Below, in pieces: positions 49,640 to 63,035 of a stretch of DNA of 64,000 bases (positions are counted from its first letter, which is position 1; the number at the start of each line of letters is the position of its first letter). A program made the position numbers and the translations under genes. This DNA is from Basidiobolus meristosporus CBS 931.73 (taxonomy: Eukaryota; Fungi; Basidiobolomycota): positions 1-64,000 of the forward strand of contig MCFE01000200.1 in NCBI GenBank assembly GCA_002104905.1. Direction: 5' to 3'. The notes under the pieces were generated by a model, which saw only the letters and a list, made by a program, of their open reading frames with translations, had not been told where the DNA came from and ran no database searches.

Positions 49640-51490
49640 TACCAATCATTGATTGATAGGGAGAGTTCTGGTCCAGATTTGAGCTGTTTTCACCCAAAGC
49701 TGGCAGAGTTTGCTCAGTGCCAGATTATATGTCATGAGGGATGCTATAGGCTTACAAATTTCCTCTTTGCAGCATCCAAGAGTGCTCCTGATGTACTTAG
49801 AGATATTCAGCATAATTCTGTTGGTAAGTATGCTAAGTGTAACTTCAGTTTCAAGAAAATAGCTCAATTTTTCAAGATCTTTCACTTAAACCTGCTGAAG
49901 TGGTCTGATTTTGTCTGTTTAAGTGCCTCCTGGTCACTTGTAGCATATATTAAGTTGTTGACATAAAGTACTGGGACAATCACCCCCTTTTTGATCTGCT
50001 TCACATATAAAATGTGAGCTGCATTGCTACAAATGAACCCAATCTTCTCTTGTTACGTGCCAATTTTGTTATGCCATGGATAAGGTGCCTGCTTAAGGCC
50101 ATGTAGCAATTTCCTGAGCATTCCACCACTTAGGGGCATTTTGCATTGGCAGAACCCACAGGTTGTCTTATATGCATAGTTTCTTGCAGATCCTGTTATA
50201 GAATGGCTGTTTTTCTATCCAATTGGTGTAGAGCTACTCTGTGTCAAGCTTCCAGGGCAAGAACTAGGCTAATGGAGTTGAATATAGCTACCAGAGCATA
50301 TATTTCCCAAAAGTCTAGTCCCTGTATCAGGAAAAGTCTCAAGCCACCAATCTAGCTTGGTACTTTCAATGGTACTATTTGAGGCCATCTTGATGTTATA
50401 AACTCATCAGCAGTCTATTGGCTTTCTTCCATCTACTCTAGTTTCTGTTTTTTGTCTGCTTGTTTCTACTAGCATTATCTTCAATTTTTCCTGCTTAGTC
50501 ATTACAACTGAGTCTTCATGGAGAAGTCTTCATTTGAAATAGTCCAAGATCAGATTGTCTTCTTTGCTCTGAGAAGAAAGTATTAGTGGTGTATACTCAT
50601 CTGGTATGCTGCAAAGCACACAGTGTATCCTTTCTTCATAATTTACAGCAGCATTTATATTTCAAAGTTCTTCTGTAAGTGCTTCTATTATGGTAATGAG
50701 TTGTAACAAGTCAACCTCTGGCTTCTTCCTCATGTTGAAGGACTTTCTTTTTCAATAAAGCATGCTTAATTCTGACTTCTCTCTGTAGTTCTTCTTGAGG
50801 GATTCCTATGCAGCATTAGCGTTAGCAAAAGCATGGACTTGTCCAATGAGGGAATCTTGAACATTTATACAAATTGCATTGAAGGCTTGTCTCTCCTTCC
50901 CTGTGAACTTTTCAACTTCTTGTGCTGTTCCTATAGGCTGAGCTGCCTGTCCAATTACTACATTTGCAAGCTTCCCTTCCTCAAGGTGGATCTGCATCCT
51001 GATTCTCCAAATCTGTAGGGCTTTGCATCCAGCCTCTCCTTTACAAGGAAGATGTTTTATTGTTGAGTTTGCTGATAGATGCTATCTTTCAATTTGATTA
51101 ACGCAATTGGGCTCATAATCTATTACAATTCAAGAAGTGCTTTGGAAATAAGAGATCTATCAAGGAATAGAGATAATAGTTGAGTTATCTTTTATTTGTG
51201 ATGAAGCTCAGAATTTATACCTTTGCAGAAGTAGTACAACTGTAGCACTAAGTAAGAAGAGTTTCTCAAAAATCTGGAGCATTCTGTCACAATCTGGGGG
51301 TTGGTACATGATGTATTTTAAAAGTGCTAATTTGGCCTTGACTTCCAGGGAATAGTCATAGAATCATAGATCTGGGAGAAAATGGCAGAGTTAAGGCTGT
51401 GAACTAGTCCTAAAGTGACCAAGACTAATCCTAAACAGTTATGTAAGTTATCAAATGCTGAATGATACTAAGTAGCCCAATATATCATAA
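49640..51490 (-). mobile_element. Ty1/copia element, truncated: 5' LTR (family B, 51490-51121), PBS, gag, RT
   Basis: PBS gattatgagccca directly after the LTR; gag QIWRIRMQIHLEEG; RT relics NSISLVLAL...HQLDRKTAIL...MHIRQPVG and KDLEKLSYFLETEV. Protease and integrase not seen between gag and RT. Confidence 0.85.
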
Positions 51491-51727
51491 TCTCTGCCAT
51501 GACCTGTCTGGCAAAACACTGAACAGTTGTACTTCTTATGCTCTCCAAGTGCAACATGCAATAGAGGCTTGTTGCAATGGCCACATTTTCCTTCTTTTTT
51601 TCACTTTTAGTATTGAATCAAAGTCATCTTATCCATGTTGCAAAATCTTGGTACTTAATAATGTATCACAGCTGAGTTACCTTTTGTCAATCTTCATGTG
51701 AGTTTAAAAAAGTCTTATAGGTAAGAC

Positions 51728-54700
51728 TGTTATGATCTGCTGCCTGAATGTTTAAGCTAGATCAGTTTTTAGTCAAATCAATTAGTATATGCTTAGGTTA
51801 TCAGTATATGAGCATTATCTATTAAATTAGTAGCATTAGTCAGCAAATGAATCAGCAGATCCTTATCAGACAGAAATAGATATACTAAGTAGGATCTTAT
51901 TGGGTGATGATGATGCAATCAAATGAGTCATCAGCCATAAACTACATTAGGAAATACAATTAGTTGGCAATTGATCTGGCAAAATGTATATAAGGAGCCG
52001 CTGGAACCTCAATAAAGATCAGTTCAAGTTTTAGTGAATACAGTACTAGCTAAACTCCCTATTCCTCTACAACTCTTATACCAAGACTTGTAACATTGGT
52101 ATCAGCAATAACCAGAGACCTCCCTCCTGAAGAAAGAAGAAGTCTCCCTCAAGATGTCCAAAAATCAAGAATGGAAGAATGCTATGCAGCAAATCCTGGC
52201 CCAGCAGCAACAGTTACTCCAGATCCTTAGCCAGCAACAACATGGAATGACTACCATGGCCCAAAGCCAGCAAAACCCTGTCAAGAGCAACTCTAGTGTG
52301 AAAGTCAACCAGTACCATGGTAGAGTCAATGAAAACCTGGGAACTTGGCTCTTCCAGATTGAAGAAGCTTTCAAGGCTAAGGCAATTGCTTTAGAAAGCA
52401 TGTTACATTATGCAGCCTCTTACCTGGCAGATGCAGCTTCACAGTGGTACCACAACAAGATCAGGTCATCCACCATGATGGGATGCTCTACAATCTCTAC
52501 CTGGAATGAGTTTGTGTTGGAAGTTCAGGATGCCTTTGAACCCCCACACCAACAGACACTACTAAGAAGAAAGTTGAAGACACTCAGACAGAAAGGAATG
52601 GTCCAAGAGTACATCTATGAATATAGGTATCTACTTGGATAAATAGTAAGAATGGACCCTCTGGATCAAGTTGAATACTTTATTGATGGGTTAAAACAAA
52701 GAACTTGTAAGAAAGTGATTTATCAAAGATCTCAGACTATTGAAAAAGCCATCAAGATTGCCATTGACTATGACTCAGCTATGTTTGGAGTTGGGAAGCC
52801 CACAATGACTAATCAGAGAGGCTATATTCACTATGAAAGAAGACAATCAGAAGCAGTGCCAATGGAAATAGACGCTATACAGAAGAATCCTACCTCAGAA
52901 TAATGTAAGAAGAAAGGACTTTGCTATAATTGCCACCAGCCAGGACATATTGCAAAGTACTGCTCTCAGAGAAGAAATGGACACCAGCCATCAAGAACCT
53001 TCAACTATATTGATGCCCTTTAGCAAAGTAACATGGAGGAAGAGCTTGAAGAAGACTAGAACTCACCTTCCATATGACAGAAGAATACCTTTCCCAGATG
53101 ACCTCAAACTCAGGAAAGCTATTATACTTGAATGGCGTAATCAATGGAGTACCTGCCAAAATCATGATTGACTCATGAGTATCACATAAGTACACGTCAG
53201 AGCAATTTGCTTTGAAAACTGGAATCAACTTGGAACCCACCAAATTAACTTCAATTTCAACAGCTGATGGGAGCTCTCACATAATTAACCGTATTACTCA
53301 CCAGTAAGGATGAGGATCAATGTCAATGAAGAAGATCTACAGACCTATATATTTTGGAACTGCAAGTTTGACCTTGTACTTAGCAAAACCTGGCTATTTT
53401 GTTGTAATCCATCAATCAACTGGAGAACCCATGCTACTCAGATACAGAAGGACAACAAGACCTACAAGCTATTACCTGTCAGACTGGACTTTAACTTGGT
53501 CAATTCCAGTGTGTGTGGAACAAGTAAACTTAGCAAGACACAGTTCTGAAGAACACTAAGAAATGGTACCCAGATGTTCCACATGGTGGTATTACAGGAG
53601 GATTCCTCAACAACAGTACCCCAAGAGGTCCAGACTCTTTTGAAGGAATATTCAGACGTATTTCCAGATGAGCTTGTAAGCCTACCACCAGTCAGATATG
53701 TAGAGCATGCCATTGACGCAGGAGATAGCCTCCCAGTGAGTAAGACACCTTACAGAATGAGTCCTTTGGAGTTGGAAGAGATGAAGAGACAAATATATCA
53801 GTTATTAGAGCAAGGATATATCAGACCCAGCAAGTCACCTTGGGGAGCACTGGTACTTTTTGTAAAGAAGAAGGAAGGAACTCTTAGGATGTGTATCGAC
53901 TACAGAGCCCTGAATTCATTTGCTGTGAAGAATAAGTACCGCATGCCTTGGATTGATGAGCTTTTGGACCAACTCAATGGAGCCACTATATTCAGCAAGA
54001 TTGACCTCATGTCAGGATACAACCAGATTAGGGTAAAGCCAGAAGATATCCTTGAGATAGCATTCAGGACCAGATACGGTCATTACAAGTACTTAGTCAT
54101 GAGTTTTGGCCTCACCACTGCCCCTGCAACATTCATGACACTGATGCAGACCATCTTCCAGGAGTACTTAGACAAGTTTGTGATAATCTACCTGGATAAC
54201 ATATTGATATACAGCAAGACAGAAGAGGATCATGTGGTGCGCATTGAAAGGTCTTGAAGAAGCTAAGAGAGCACAAGCTATATGGCAAGCTAGACAAGTG
54301 TGAAATCTTCAAGGAACACGTCAAGTTCCTGGGACACATAGTAACTAGCACAGGAGTGACCTAAGACCCTAAGAAGGTTGAAGTTATCAAGAACCTGAAG
54401 CAGCCCCATAGCATATCAGAGCTCAGTTCATTTCTTGGAATGGTTTCCTATTATCAGAGATTTGTCATGTTCTTTGCAAGTAGTGCAGCCCCTTTAGCTG
54501 AAATCCTCAAGAAGGACAACACCCATAAGTGGGACATAGCATGTGAGACCACCTTTCAGATGCTCAAGAATGAAATTGCTAAACTACCAAGCTTAAGAAT
54601 ACCTGACTTCAGAAAAGAGTTTACTCTGTGCATGGATGCTTCAGATTATACAATTGGTGGAGTGTTGCGTCAAGAACACAAGGCAAAGGACTACCCTGTT

Positions 54701-54940
54701 GGCTTTGAATCCAAGAAACTGAACTCAGCAGAACAAACTATCCGGTGCATGAGAAGGAGATGCTTACTATAATACATTGTTAGAAGACATGGAGATGCTA
54801 TATTGAAGAAGTCAAATGCACAATGAAGACTGATCATGCCTCCCTCAAGTATATATTTACTCAGAAGGTACTCTCCAGAAGAATGACAAGAAGGAGTGAA
54901 TGTATTCACTCTTTCATATTGTATGGTAAAGTATAATTCT
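51728..54940 (+). mobile_element. Ty3/gypsy (chromovirus-like) element, 3'-truncated: 5' LTR 51728-52095 (family C), PBS, gag, PR, RT, RNase H
   Basis: TGTTATG...GTAACA LTR; TGGTATCAGC tRNA-iMet-like PBS (52097-52106); gag with CCHC CYNCHQPGHIAKYC; PR IMIDS*VS; [36 protein letters not shown]; RNase H MDASDYTIGGVL. Confidence 0.93.
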
Positions 54941-55037
54941 GCACTGCACCTCTGGCACACTATGGCATAATTTGGAACTCATGTTGCAATATGGCACAAT
55001 CAGCATAACAAGTCTGATACATTCAGTTGCCTTATGT

Positions 55038-55974
55038 TGTCATGATCACATGACATCTTTGACCTTTAATCAACTGAGCAAATCAAGTTGATGAAGAAAT
55101 CTCAGGTCTATCTAGAGAGTTCTATTACATTCTAGAAACTTCTGTTGAGCTCCAATTCAAAATAACACAATGGAACATTTTATGGAAGCTTCCTTTTAGA
55201 ACTTATTGTAGCTCAACACCCAATATGGCTATTGTGTGTCACATGAGCTAGTCATATAATCAGCCAACACTTGACATATTGCCTTGTAACATTCTAGTAA
55301 GTTCTGTTGAAATATTGGACTATTTGGTATCATTCAGCAGCTAAAAATTTACTTAACAATTCTAGGCTAGTCTTAGTCACTGTAGGACTCATTTACTGCC
55401 TTAACTTTGCCACTTTCTCCAGATATATGATCTTATGATTATTCCCCTATAGTCAGGATCAAATTAGCACTATTACCAAACATTATGTACTAACCCTGAA
55501 ACTGTTACAGAATGCTCCTGAATATTGAGAAACCCTCCCTACTTAGTGTTGCAGCTGTATTACTTCTACAAAGGTATAAATACTGAGCTTCTTTATGAAT
55601 AAACAACAGTTCAACTATTATCACTATTTCTTGATAAGTTCCTTATATCCAAATCACTTCTTAAATTGCAACAAGTTCTTTAGTATATTTCTATCTTAGC
55701 ATGATTACTGTGTCTCACCCCAAGACCCCATCAGTATTAGCCAATGTCCCAAGGCTTCATATTGCCAAAAAGTCTATACAGTTCTATCCCCCCTTATGTA
55801 TTCCTAAGGCTGATAAACACAGGTCTTGAATAAATAACCTTGCCTTGGAAATCCACCTGCCTTGTAGATCCACACCTAGGCCTTTCCTGGTCCTGCCTTG
55901 TAGATCCACACCTAGGCCTTTCCTGGTCCTGCCTTGCCTAGCTCTACTCTCCTGCCTTGTGTCTAATCATAGCA
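55038..55974 (+). mobile_element. Solo LTR, family A, interrupted by an LTR-B insertion
   Basis: Reverse complement of 43651-44181; near-TSD TATGT/TATAT; internal tandem duplication of ccttgtagatccacacctaggcctttcctggtcctg at about 55860-55930. Confidence 0.88.
55305..55673 (+). mobile_element. Solo copia LTR (family B), 369 bp, perfect TSD AGTTC
   Basis: TGTTGA...GCAACA; AGTTC at 55300-55304 and 55674-55678; TATAAA then AATAAA in sense; homologous to 51121-51490. Confidence 0.93.
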
Positions 55975-56250
55975 TATATGGCAAAAACTTAGCATTTGGA
56001 AAAGGAACCCATATGCTTCTCATGGCTGTAATTCAGAAAATTCCTCTACCTCAGCTTCCCAGAAAACCCAGACTCTTTTGAAACAATACTAATACAAACT
56101 TGCAGATGTGCTTGTGACCTACCACTAATTGGAGACAATGACATGTCATTGACACAAGGGATTGCCCTTCTGTGAGCAAGACATATTACAGCATGAGTCC
56201 ATTGGAGTTGAAAGAGATGAAGAGACATATTGATCTACTACCGGAGAAGA

Positions 56251-56618
56251 TGTTGCCAGCCTTGATATAAGAGTTTTGGTGGAAGAGGATGTTTAGCTAT
56301 TATTGTATTCACTAAAACCAGAGCTGATTTTCACTGAGGTTCCAGCAGCTCCTTAAATACGTTTTGCCAGATCAACTGTTGACCAATTATATTTCCTAAT
56401 ATAGGCTGTGGATGATGACTCAGTTGATTACATCATCATCACCCATTTAGATCCAGCTTGATTTATCTATTCCTGTCTGATAAGGATCTGCTCATTCATC
56501 CACTGACCAATATTACTGATTTGATAGATAGCTCTGATATACTGATTGTCTAAGCATAAAACTAATTGATACAACTAAAAACCAACCTTGCCAAACATTC
56601 AAGTGGAAGATCATAACA
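56251..56618 (-). mobile_element. Solo gypsy LTR (family C)
   Basis: Reverse complement of 51728-52095; flanked by AAGA on both sides. Confidence 0.87.
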
Positions 56619-57577
56619 AAGATATATTAAGCCCAGCAAGCCACCTTGGAGAGCATCAGTGGTTTTTGTGAAAAAGAAGGATGCAGCACTTAGGATATAG
56701 ATTGGCCATGGAGTCATTGTGGTAGCTGCTGGTTTACACTCAGCCATGTGAAGGTTCTTAAGTACATATGAAATTTACTGTAAATGACTTAAGGTAAACA
56801 TGTGAGTACTTCTCTCTCTGGTGAGCTACTTTGTCAAGTATTGATTGGGCTCTCATAGATTACACATTGTGAGCTCCTATGGTAGACTGGATTTAGTGAC
56901 TTCCAATGTTTCTGAATTATCAGTGCCTCTGATTGGCTCATACAAATATATAATTATCAAAGCTGGAACAGCTAACATACTTGAAAACACTTCTTTGGCA
57001 AAATCAAGATTTCAATTACAAGTCTCTCTTGCAACTCCAGGTATTTGATGATTATTAGAGACTGTAAAGTGGCTATAAGCTTGCAAACCAAATTTTATTT
57101 CTTTAAATGTACCCCATGGCTACAACTCCTAACATATATCTTTTGATTGCACATTCTCCTGTTTATTCTTCTTCAAACCCATAAACATCCAAATGATATC
57201 TGGTCAACTGGGAACTCAGAGTAGTCCCAAATTATATTTCCATCTGGACCTGATACTGCTTTTGTCATTTGACTTATTACATCAGGTAGTGCCACATTGA
57301 GCAATAGACTTGTTCTATTGCACTATGCCTGGGCATGTGGCGCCATCCTCAGTAACAAAGAACTGTTGGGTGGAGTATTGCAGCTATCAGTAGGCGGGAT
57401 CTTTCTTGGACAATTTTGCACTATGTGGGACAATCATGCAAACTATGACTTAATCTGATACAATGGGGTTGGAATGAATGTACCAACTTGTAATGTTTGC
57501 ATTATGTGCGCAATTGGATACCATTACTGTGTTAAGTAATGGTTGATATTTGGATATATTTCTTTAATGTAAACTAA

Positions 57578-57771
57578 GTGTAGCAAACACAGTACCCTCA
57601 GGTGAAGACCAGCAAATGGCTATCATAACATCACCACCCCTCATATTAGCAGGTATGTTGTCATCTCATACCATAATATTAATGAAGCAATTAGGTGCAG
57701 TGGCTAATGGGGTAGATACAATGGCCCAGAGAAAACAGGAAATATTCCAGAAACAGGTTGAGCAGATAATA
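57578..57771 (+). pseudogene. Displaced fragment of CMC ORF2
   Basis: ITSPPLILAGMLSSHT..MKQLGAVANGVDTMAQRK aligns with ITSPPPILASLLSAHT..MKQLGAVADRIDAMAQRN in ORF 37876-38133 (-). Confidence 0.8.
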
Positions 57772-60499
57772 GACTTGCTCTGTTGTACCATGTCAGAGCA
57801 CATGGCACAATCTGCAGTCTCTAAGATCAATTGGGCGCAATATTGTAGCTGCCAGTAGGCAGGATTGTTCTTGGACAACTTTGCACCATGCAGGAAAATC
57901 TCACATGCTATGGCACAATCTGACACAATGAGATTGACAGAGATGATTGCACTAGCTTGTAATGTTTGCATCATATGTGCAATTGGATACCAATATTATT
58001 GTAGGTATAATTCGGTATTTAGATATGTTTCTTTGATGTAAATGGAAATAAATGCTTATCACACTATAAACTACATTGATACCTACCATTTTGGTTACCA
58101 TCACTCCAATTGGATGGTATCTCAGTGGTTAATTGGTCCAAAAGTATTATGAAGCTGTTGGCCTCCAATTAGCTCTTTGACCAAAACACAAGCTACCTAA
58201 TTTGCCACCAAGTATGACATTTACTCATTGAGCAAGTAGTTCCCTGATCTTACTGATCAGACATGGTGTCATATCAAGCACCCAACTAATAGTGTAGGTG
58301 CAAATCAGATCAAATAGCTGCACTGGTGTTACAGATGATGTATACATATGAACAGTTTTATCAGGGGCTTTGCCTCAAATGTGAGAAAACCTTCATATTA
58401 CTTACAATAATAATCAATGATTACTGATTTGCAATGTCTTGATTTGGATGGCAAAAAATATGTTATTTGAATCATGACAAATGGTACCAATTCTATGCAA
58501 TTGCATCATCCTCTCCTTGATTCTTTTCTCAGAGGGATTATAACTGCAGCTTTAATAGTAGTTCACTTTGCACACCTGAACTATGTCCTTGTTGACTATT
58601 ATATTGGCTACTTATGCTCTTATAGTATTTATTTTGCCTCCTAGTTGATGAGTGCAATGCTGGAGCTTGGCACCACTAAATTGCTCCAGATGTTATGATG
58701 GAACCAGCATGAAGTTCCATATGCTGATGCGCTTGTTTACATGCCAAAGGCTCTGGTGGTGGAGGCACTTCATGTGCGTCATTGTTGGTCAGCTCTCTGA
58801 AAGTAATTTGCTGATGTTCAGGTGTGCTGGCACATGCAAGTGCAACTTGATTTGTTGGCATTGCCCTTGGCTGAGCTTGATATGAAGTAATAAGCTGACA
58901 TAACTTGGCTGGCTCCAATAGACTTGTATATAAATTGCAACTTGGCCAGCTCCAATGGACTTGTGTCTAAATGAGCAGTTTGGTGAGTTCTGGTATTTTT
59001 GCTTTGAAGCATACATATTGAACCAATGTGTTTGAGTTGAGTTGAAACCAGGTGCTGTTGTGAAGGGTGTTGACATATCTTGACTGACATGTACTGGTAA
59101 GCTAATGTTGTAGGGGATAGTAAGGGATCCAGCAAGGTGTACTGGCACAATCTAGATGCAGTTGCTTGTGATTGGTATTCTTCTTCTTCAAGATCACCTT
59201 CTGATTCCTCAAGGTATGCACTTACCCACTGTCAGGGATTTTGGAAATGTTGCCTTGATAAGTCCTGTGTATATTGTTCTTGGAAGCCACTTGGCTCTAC
59301 TAATATATTGTGCAGTGCATCAGTCATTTGAGGCAAAAACTCATCAAAAATCTCTGTAGTTCCCAAATTTGAGGCACAAACACATGTGTTCACTTGTACT
59401 GTGCAAACTTAATGTGGAATTGTTTTTGTGCTGCCTCCTCATCATATCCCCTCACTGTGAGCTCATTTGTAGTTTCAATACTTGTTGTGTTATGTATCTT
59501 CTTACATACATCTGCAGTCATCTTGATGCAGAACTCATGCCACAGCTTTCTAATCAGATTCTGCCATTTCTGTCAACTCTCTGAGGTGTCCAGCTCTGCT
59601 AGATTAATGAGTAGTGCCCAAATACCTGTATTAATGTTTATCATAGACACTGGGGCCATACAAAAATGATTTGGCAAGAACTCAAACAGATCCAGCATTG
59701 GCTTTTCTGGTCTGGACTTTGATTGTGAGCTGAGGTAGGGACTTTGTCTGGGTTGTGAAGATGAGTGGAGATTTGGTATATGGATTATAGTGAAAAATTT
59801 GGCTACTTATACAATAGTATATTTGCTTCAACCTGCTCTTATATAAAATATATATATGAAAACAGATGTGAGTATGGAATTTTCCAAACATTTGCAGGAT
59901 GCATCTTAAATTGTATTGATACAATTCAGATCACATCAATTGCAGTTTCAGATTTGATAATAGACTTGTGAGTCAGCCATTTTTGTAATCTTTAAGCTAT
60001 TGTTTGAGGATGATTTTTGCAATATCATAATGGGATATATGGCAGTTGATGGTGATTCAATTATAATGGAAATTCTGATGAATTAAGCTGATTGTGCCAG
60101 ATAAATTCATACCACCTCTACACAATTGCATGGCAATTTTCAGATGACTTATCCATCTGAATGGTCTTTTCTCATCAGTCCCAACACTACCACTGAATTT
60201 CCTTTTAACACACCAAAGGAGATCTATACCAAGTACTGTGGTCCATCTACCCCAATCTACTCTAGGAGATCCTTTTGTTAAGCTTCTCTGTTATTACAAG
60301 AACTGTTGCCCTACAAGGGTTGATCTCACCATCAATGGCAACAAAAGTCCTAGATGCTTTTGTTTCCAGCTGATAGCAACAGAGAACCACCTTGCAGGGT
60401 GTTTGAATGACTTGGAGTAAGCTTGGAATACTAGGTTCAGAAGCTCCAGTAAACTTTCATATCCCAGAGTGTTCAGCAACAGGTTCCATATACAAGGTA

Positions 60500-60910
60500 T
60501 TTTGGATACCTTCCCAGTCAGGATTGACAGACCTTCTAAAGAGCCAAGGCACTTTATTCTGCCAAGTACAAGACATACTGTGTGAAGTTTCAAGCATTGT
60601 CTGACAATGAGGGTAACATCATCTGGTTTAGTCGGACATTTGCTGGAGGTAGGCATGACAAAGCACTCTGGGTAAAAATCATCCAGAATTCAGTAAAGGG
60701 GAGAAATGTATGACAGACTCAGACTATATTGGAGAGGATTATCAGCAATTAGGAAGTGTTACAGCATATAGTAAGCCAAAGAATGGTGCGCTTAGTAGGA
60801 GGCAGAAGCTTTAAAATGATATATTTAATTGTTTCAGGGTGAGAGTACAGTATACACATGGATATCTGAAGAGATTCTGCACAATAGCAGGTGAATACAG
60901 AGGAAAGTCA
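60500..60910 (+). pseudogene. DDE_Tnp_4 (PIF/Harbinger-ISL2EU/IS5-like) transposase relic
   Basis: Reading across frameshifts gives LDTFPVRIDRPSK...SAKYKTYCVKFQ...NEGNIIWFS...GGRHDK...TDSDYIG...KPKNGALSRRQK..N..FNCFRVRVQYTHGYLKRF, matching the D-G/YSGKKK/G..HD/D.GY.G/RV.VE.A.G.LK pattern. Confidence 0.8.
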
Positions 60911-61949
60911 TATATAAGTGAGAATAGCAGAATAGGTAAGATAGTTAAGATACATATAGCTGCATATTATATTTATAAAAGAAGACATCAGCTGAGAAAA
61001 ATGTGACTGGAGCATCACAAAGAGTAAATAAAGCAAGAAAAGTACTGCTCCAAGCAAAATAAGTAAGTTTGAGTTAAAACCTGTAGCTGTATCCTACCAC
61101 TGGCATAATAGCAGAGATCAGAGTGCAGGACAGTGCTGTGGAGTAGCAGACTGATCTGACACTATATACAGGCTGGCACTATATGGACTGTTCAACAGGA
61201 AATGTCTAAAAAGTGCCATGTAGTGCCATGATGTGCCTGAGATGCCAAATAGACTTTACTTGGCCAAGCAGTGTGAAAAATAGTTGTACATCTTCATGCA
61301 AAGCAGAGCTTGTGCCCTATAGATAATCTTAAACTTGGTATTCATCTGAGTTTTAGCTGGTGTTCTGCTAGTATTCTAATGGTATTTGGCTGGTATTCAG
61401 CAAGTGTTTTGGGTTTCAAATTTTAAATATAATTTTTGATGGAAGTAATGGGCAGCTAATTACCAAATTTGGTATGACTGCCAATTTGCATAGTCTCATC
61501 CTGTAGAACATATTTGCTTGCCTGCACATCAGGTCAGAAGAGAGATAATGATAGTTGTCAAATTTAAAAAAATTTGGAATTAAGCTGATACTATGATAGT
61601 ATTGAGGTGGCCTTTTCTCAATTTTTTTTGTTAGGGTGTGTTTCACCCCCCTGTAGAACCCCATGGCATTAATTGGCACTTGTGGCTTTATGGGGCTCTA
61701 TTTAGCAAAACAATGCTATTTTTTACCAATTCCTGCGAATATTTTCATGATTTTTCAGCCAGTTTCTCTGTCCACTGTGGATCCAAGCCTCTTTTGCTTT
61801 GAAAGAACTTATTTCTTTCCATGCAGTAGGCCCACTTACATCTTGTATAATCATCAAAATATGCTCAGCTCTGGCAAACTTCCACAGGATAGATGTTGTA
61901 CTGGCCTTTACAGTTTTGGTGAGTAACAACTTGTTTTTCCTAGGTTTGA

Positions 61950-62600
61950 TAAGCTAAGTGCTCTTGAGTAGCTGTCCAGCTTGTTTTGCACTTGTGCATT
62001 CCTTGTAGTGCTCCAAATCTACTTGGGATCAGCTTCCACCACACAAATAGCAAGTTTGCTAGCATTTTGCTCAAATAATCAAGGCTAGTGGGTCCAAGCA
62101 CTGTGTGTGCAATCATTGGTAATTCTTCAATTAAGCTAATTATTTTGTTGTGTAGATATGATAAAGTACATGCAAACTTAAGATGATTTGGATGTCTGAT
62201 ACTCAAGGAATATGGGCACCAATCAGGTAGTATTGATATACACATATGTGTCAAAATTCAAACTGAATCCAATTGCTGTTGTCATGCTTCAAGTCAAAAA
62301 CTGCTTACTACTTCAAGTCAATAGAATAACCTGCTGGAGCTAACTTTATGAAAACTTACCTGGCCTCTGAGGTATAGGTAGTTAGGATCTGCAATAAGGC
62401 TCTAACAATGAGGTTTCTAAATGCCAGCTGATGCAAATTTCACCCCCATTACAATCTAGTGGCAAGATTGCAATGCTATTTTGCTGATGGCACTGCCCAA
62501 GCTGAGTGATGCAATGGACAGTGCTTAGATAGCCATTTTGTAAGGTAAGTGTGGCTATTGGTAAGTCTTTTTGCAGTCAAAATATTCTGTGCAGTAGCAA
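61950..62600 (-). mobile_element. Possible LINE (L1-like) 3' relic
   Basis: CYLCGGS*SQVDLEHYKECTSA resembles zf-RVT (C.LCG...ET.EH....C); ILPLDCNGG resembles LPK..GGLG. Heavily decayed. Confidence 0.3.
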
Positions 62601-63035
62601 CTTGTTAGTGTACATGGTCTCCTTATAGTTTGTTACTTATTACAGTGTTATGATGGCCATCATGTAAGCCTCTGGTAGTAATGTCATGGCAGCATGGCAG
62701 TATACAGATAATCCTATTTATTGCCACTGAACTGATTAACCAAATGAAATCTCATTTGTTACCTCCCTCTGTGCAATTTATATATGACTCTGTAGATTTA
62801 TGCCACTTTATTTGCTCTCTCACAACAGCAATGCAAATGTCTCATATAGTTCAAATCAAAAAAATATGCTCTCTTGCATGCTAAACTGTATGGATGCACA
62901 TACCCACAGCAGCTGACACTCTCTGGCACCTCATCCTTTCATCTTTTTAGCATGATACTTCTAAAGTTGCTGTACACCTGATATCATGTATTGTTTGTAG
63001 CATTTATATATTTCAAAAATACAAATGATTGCTGC

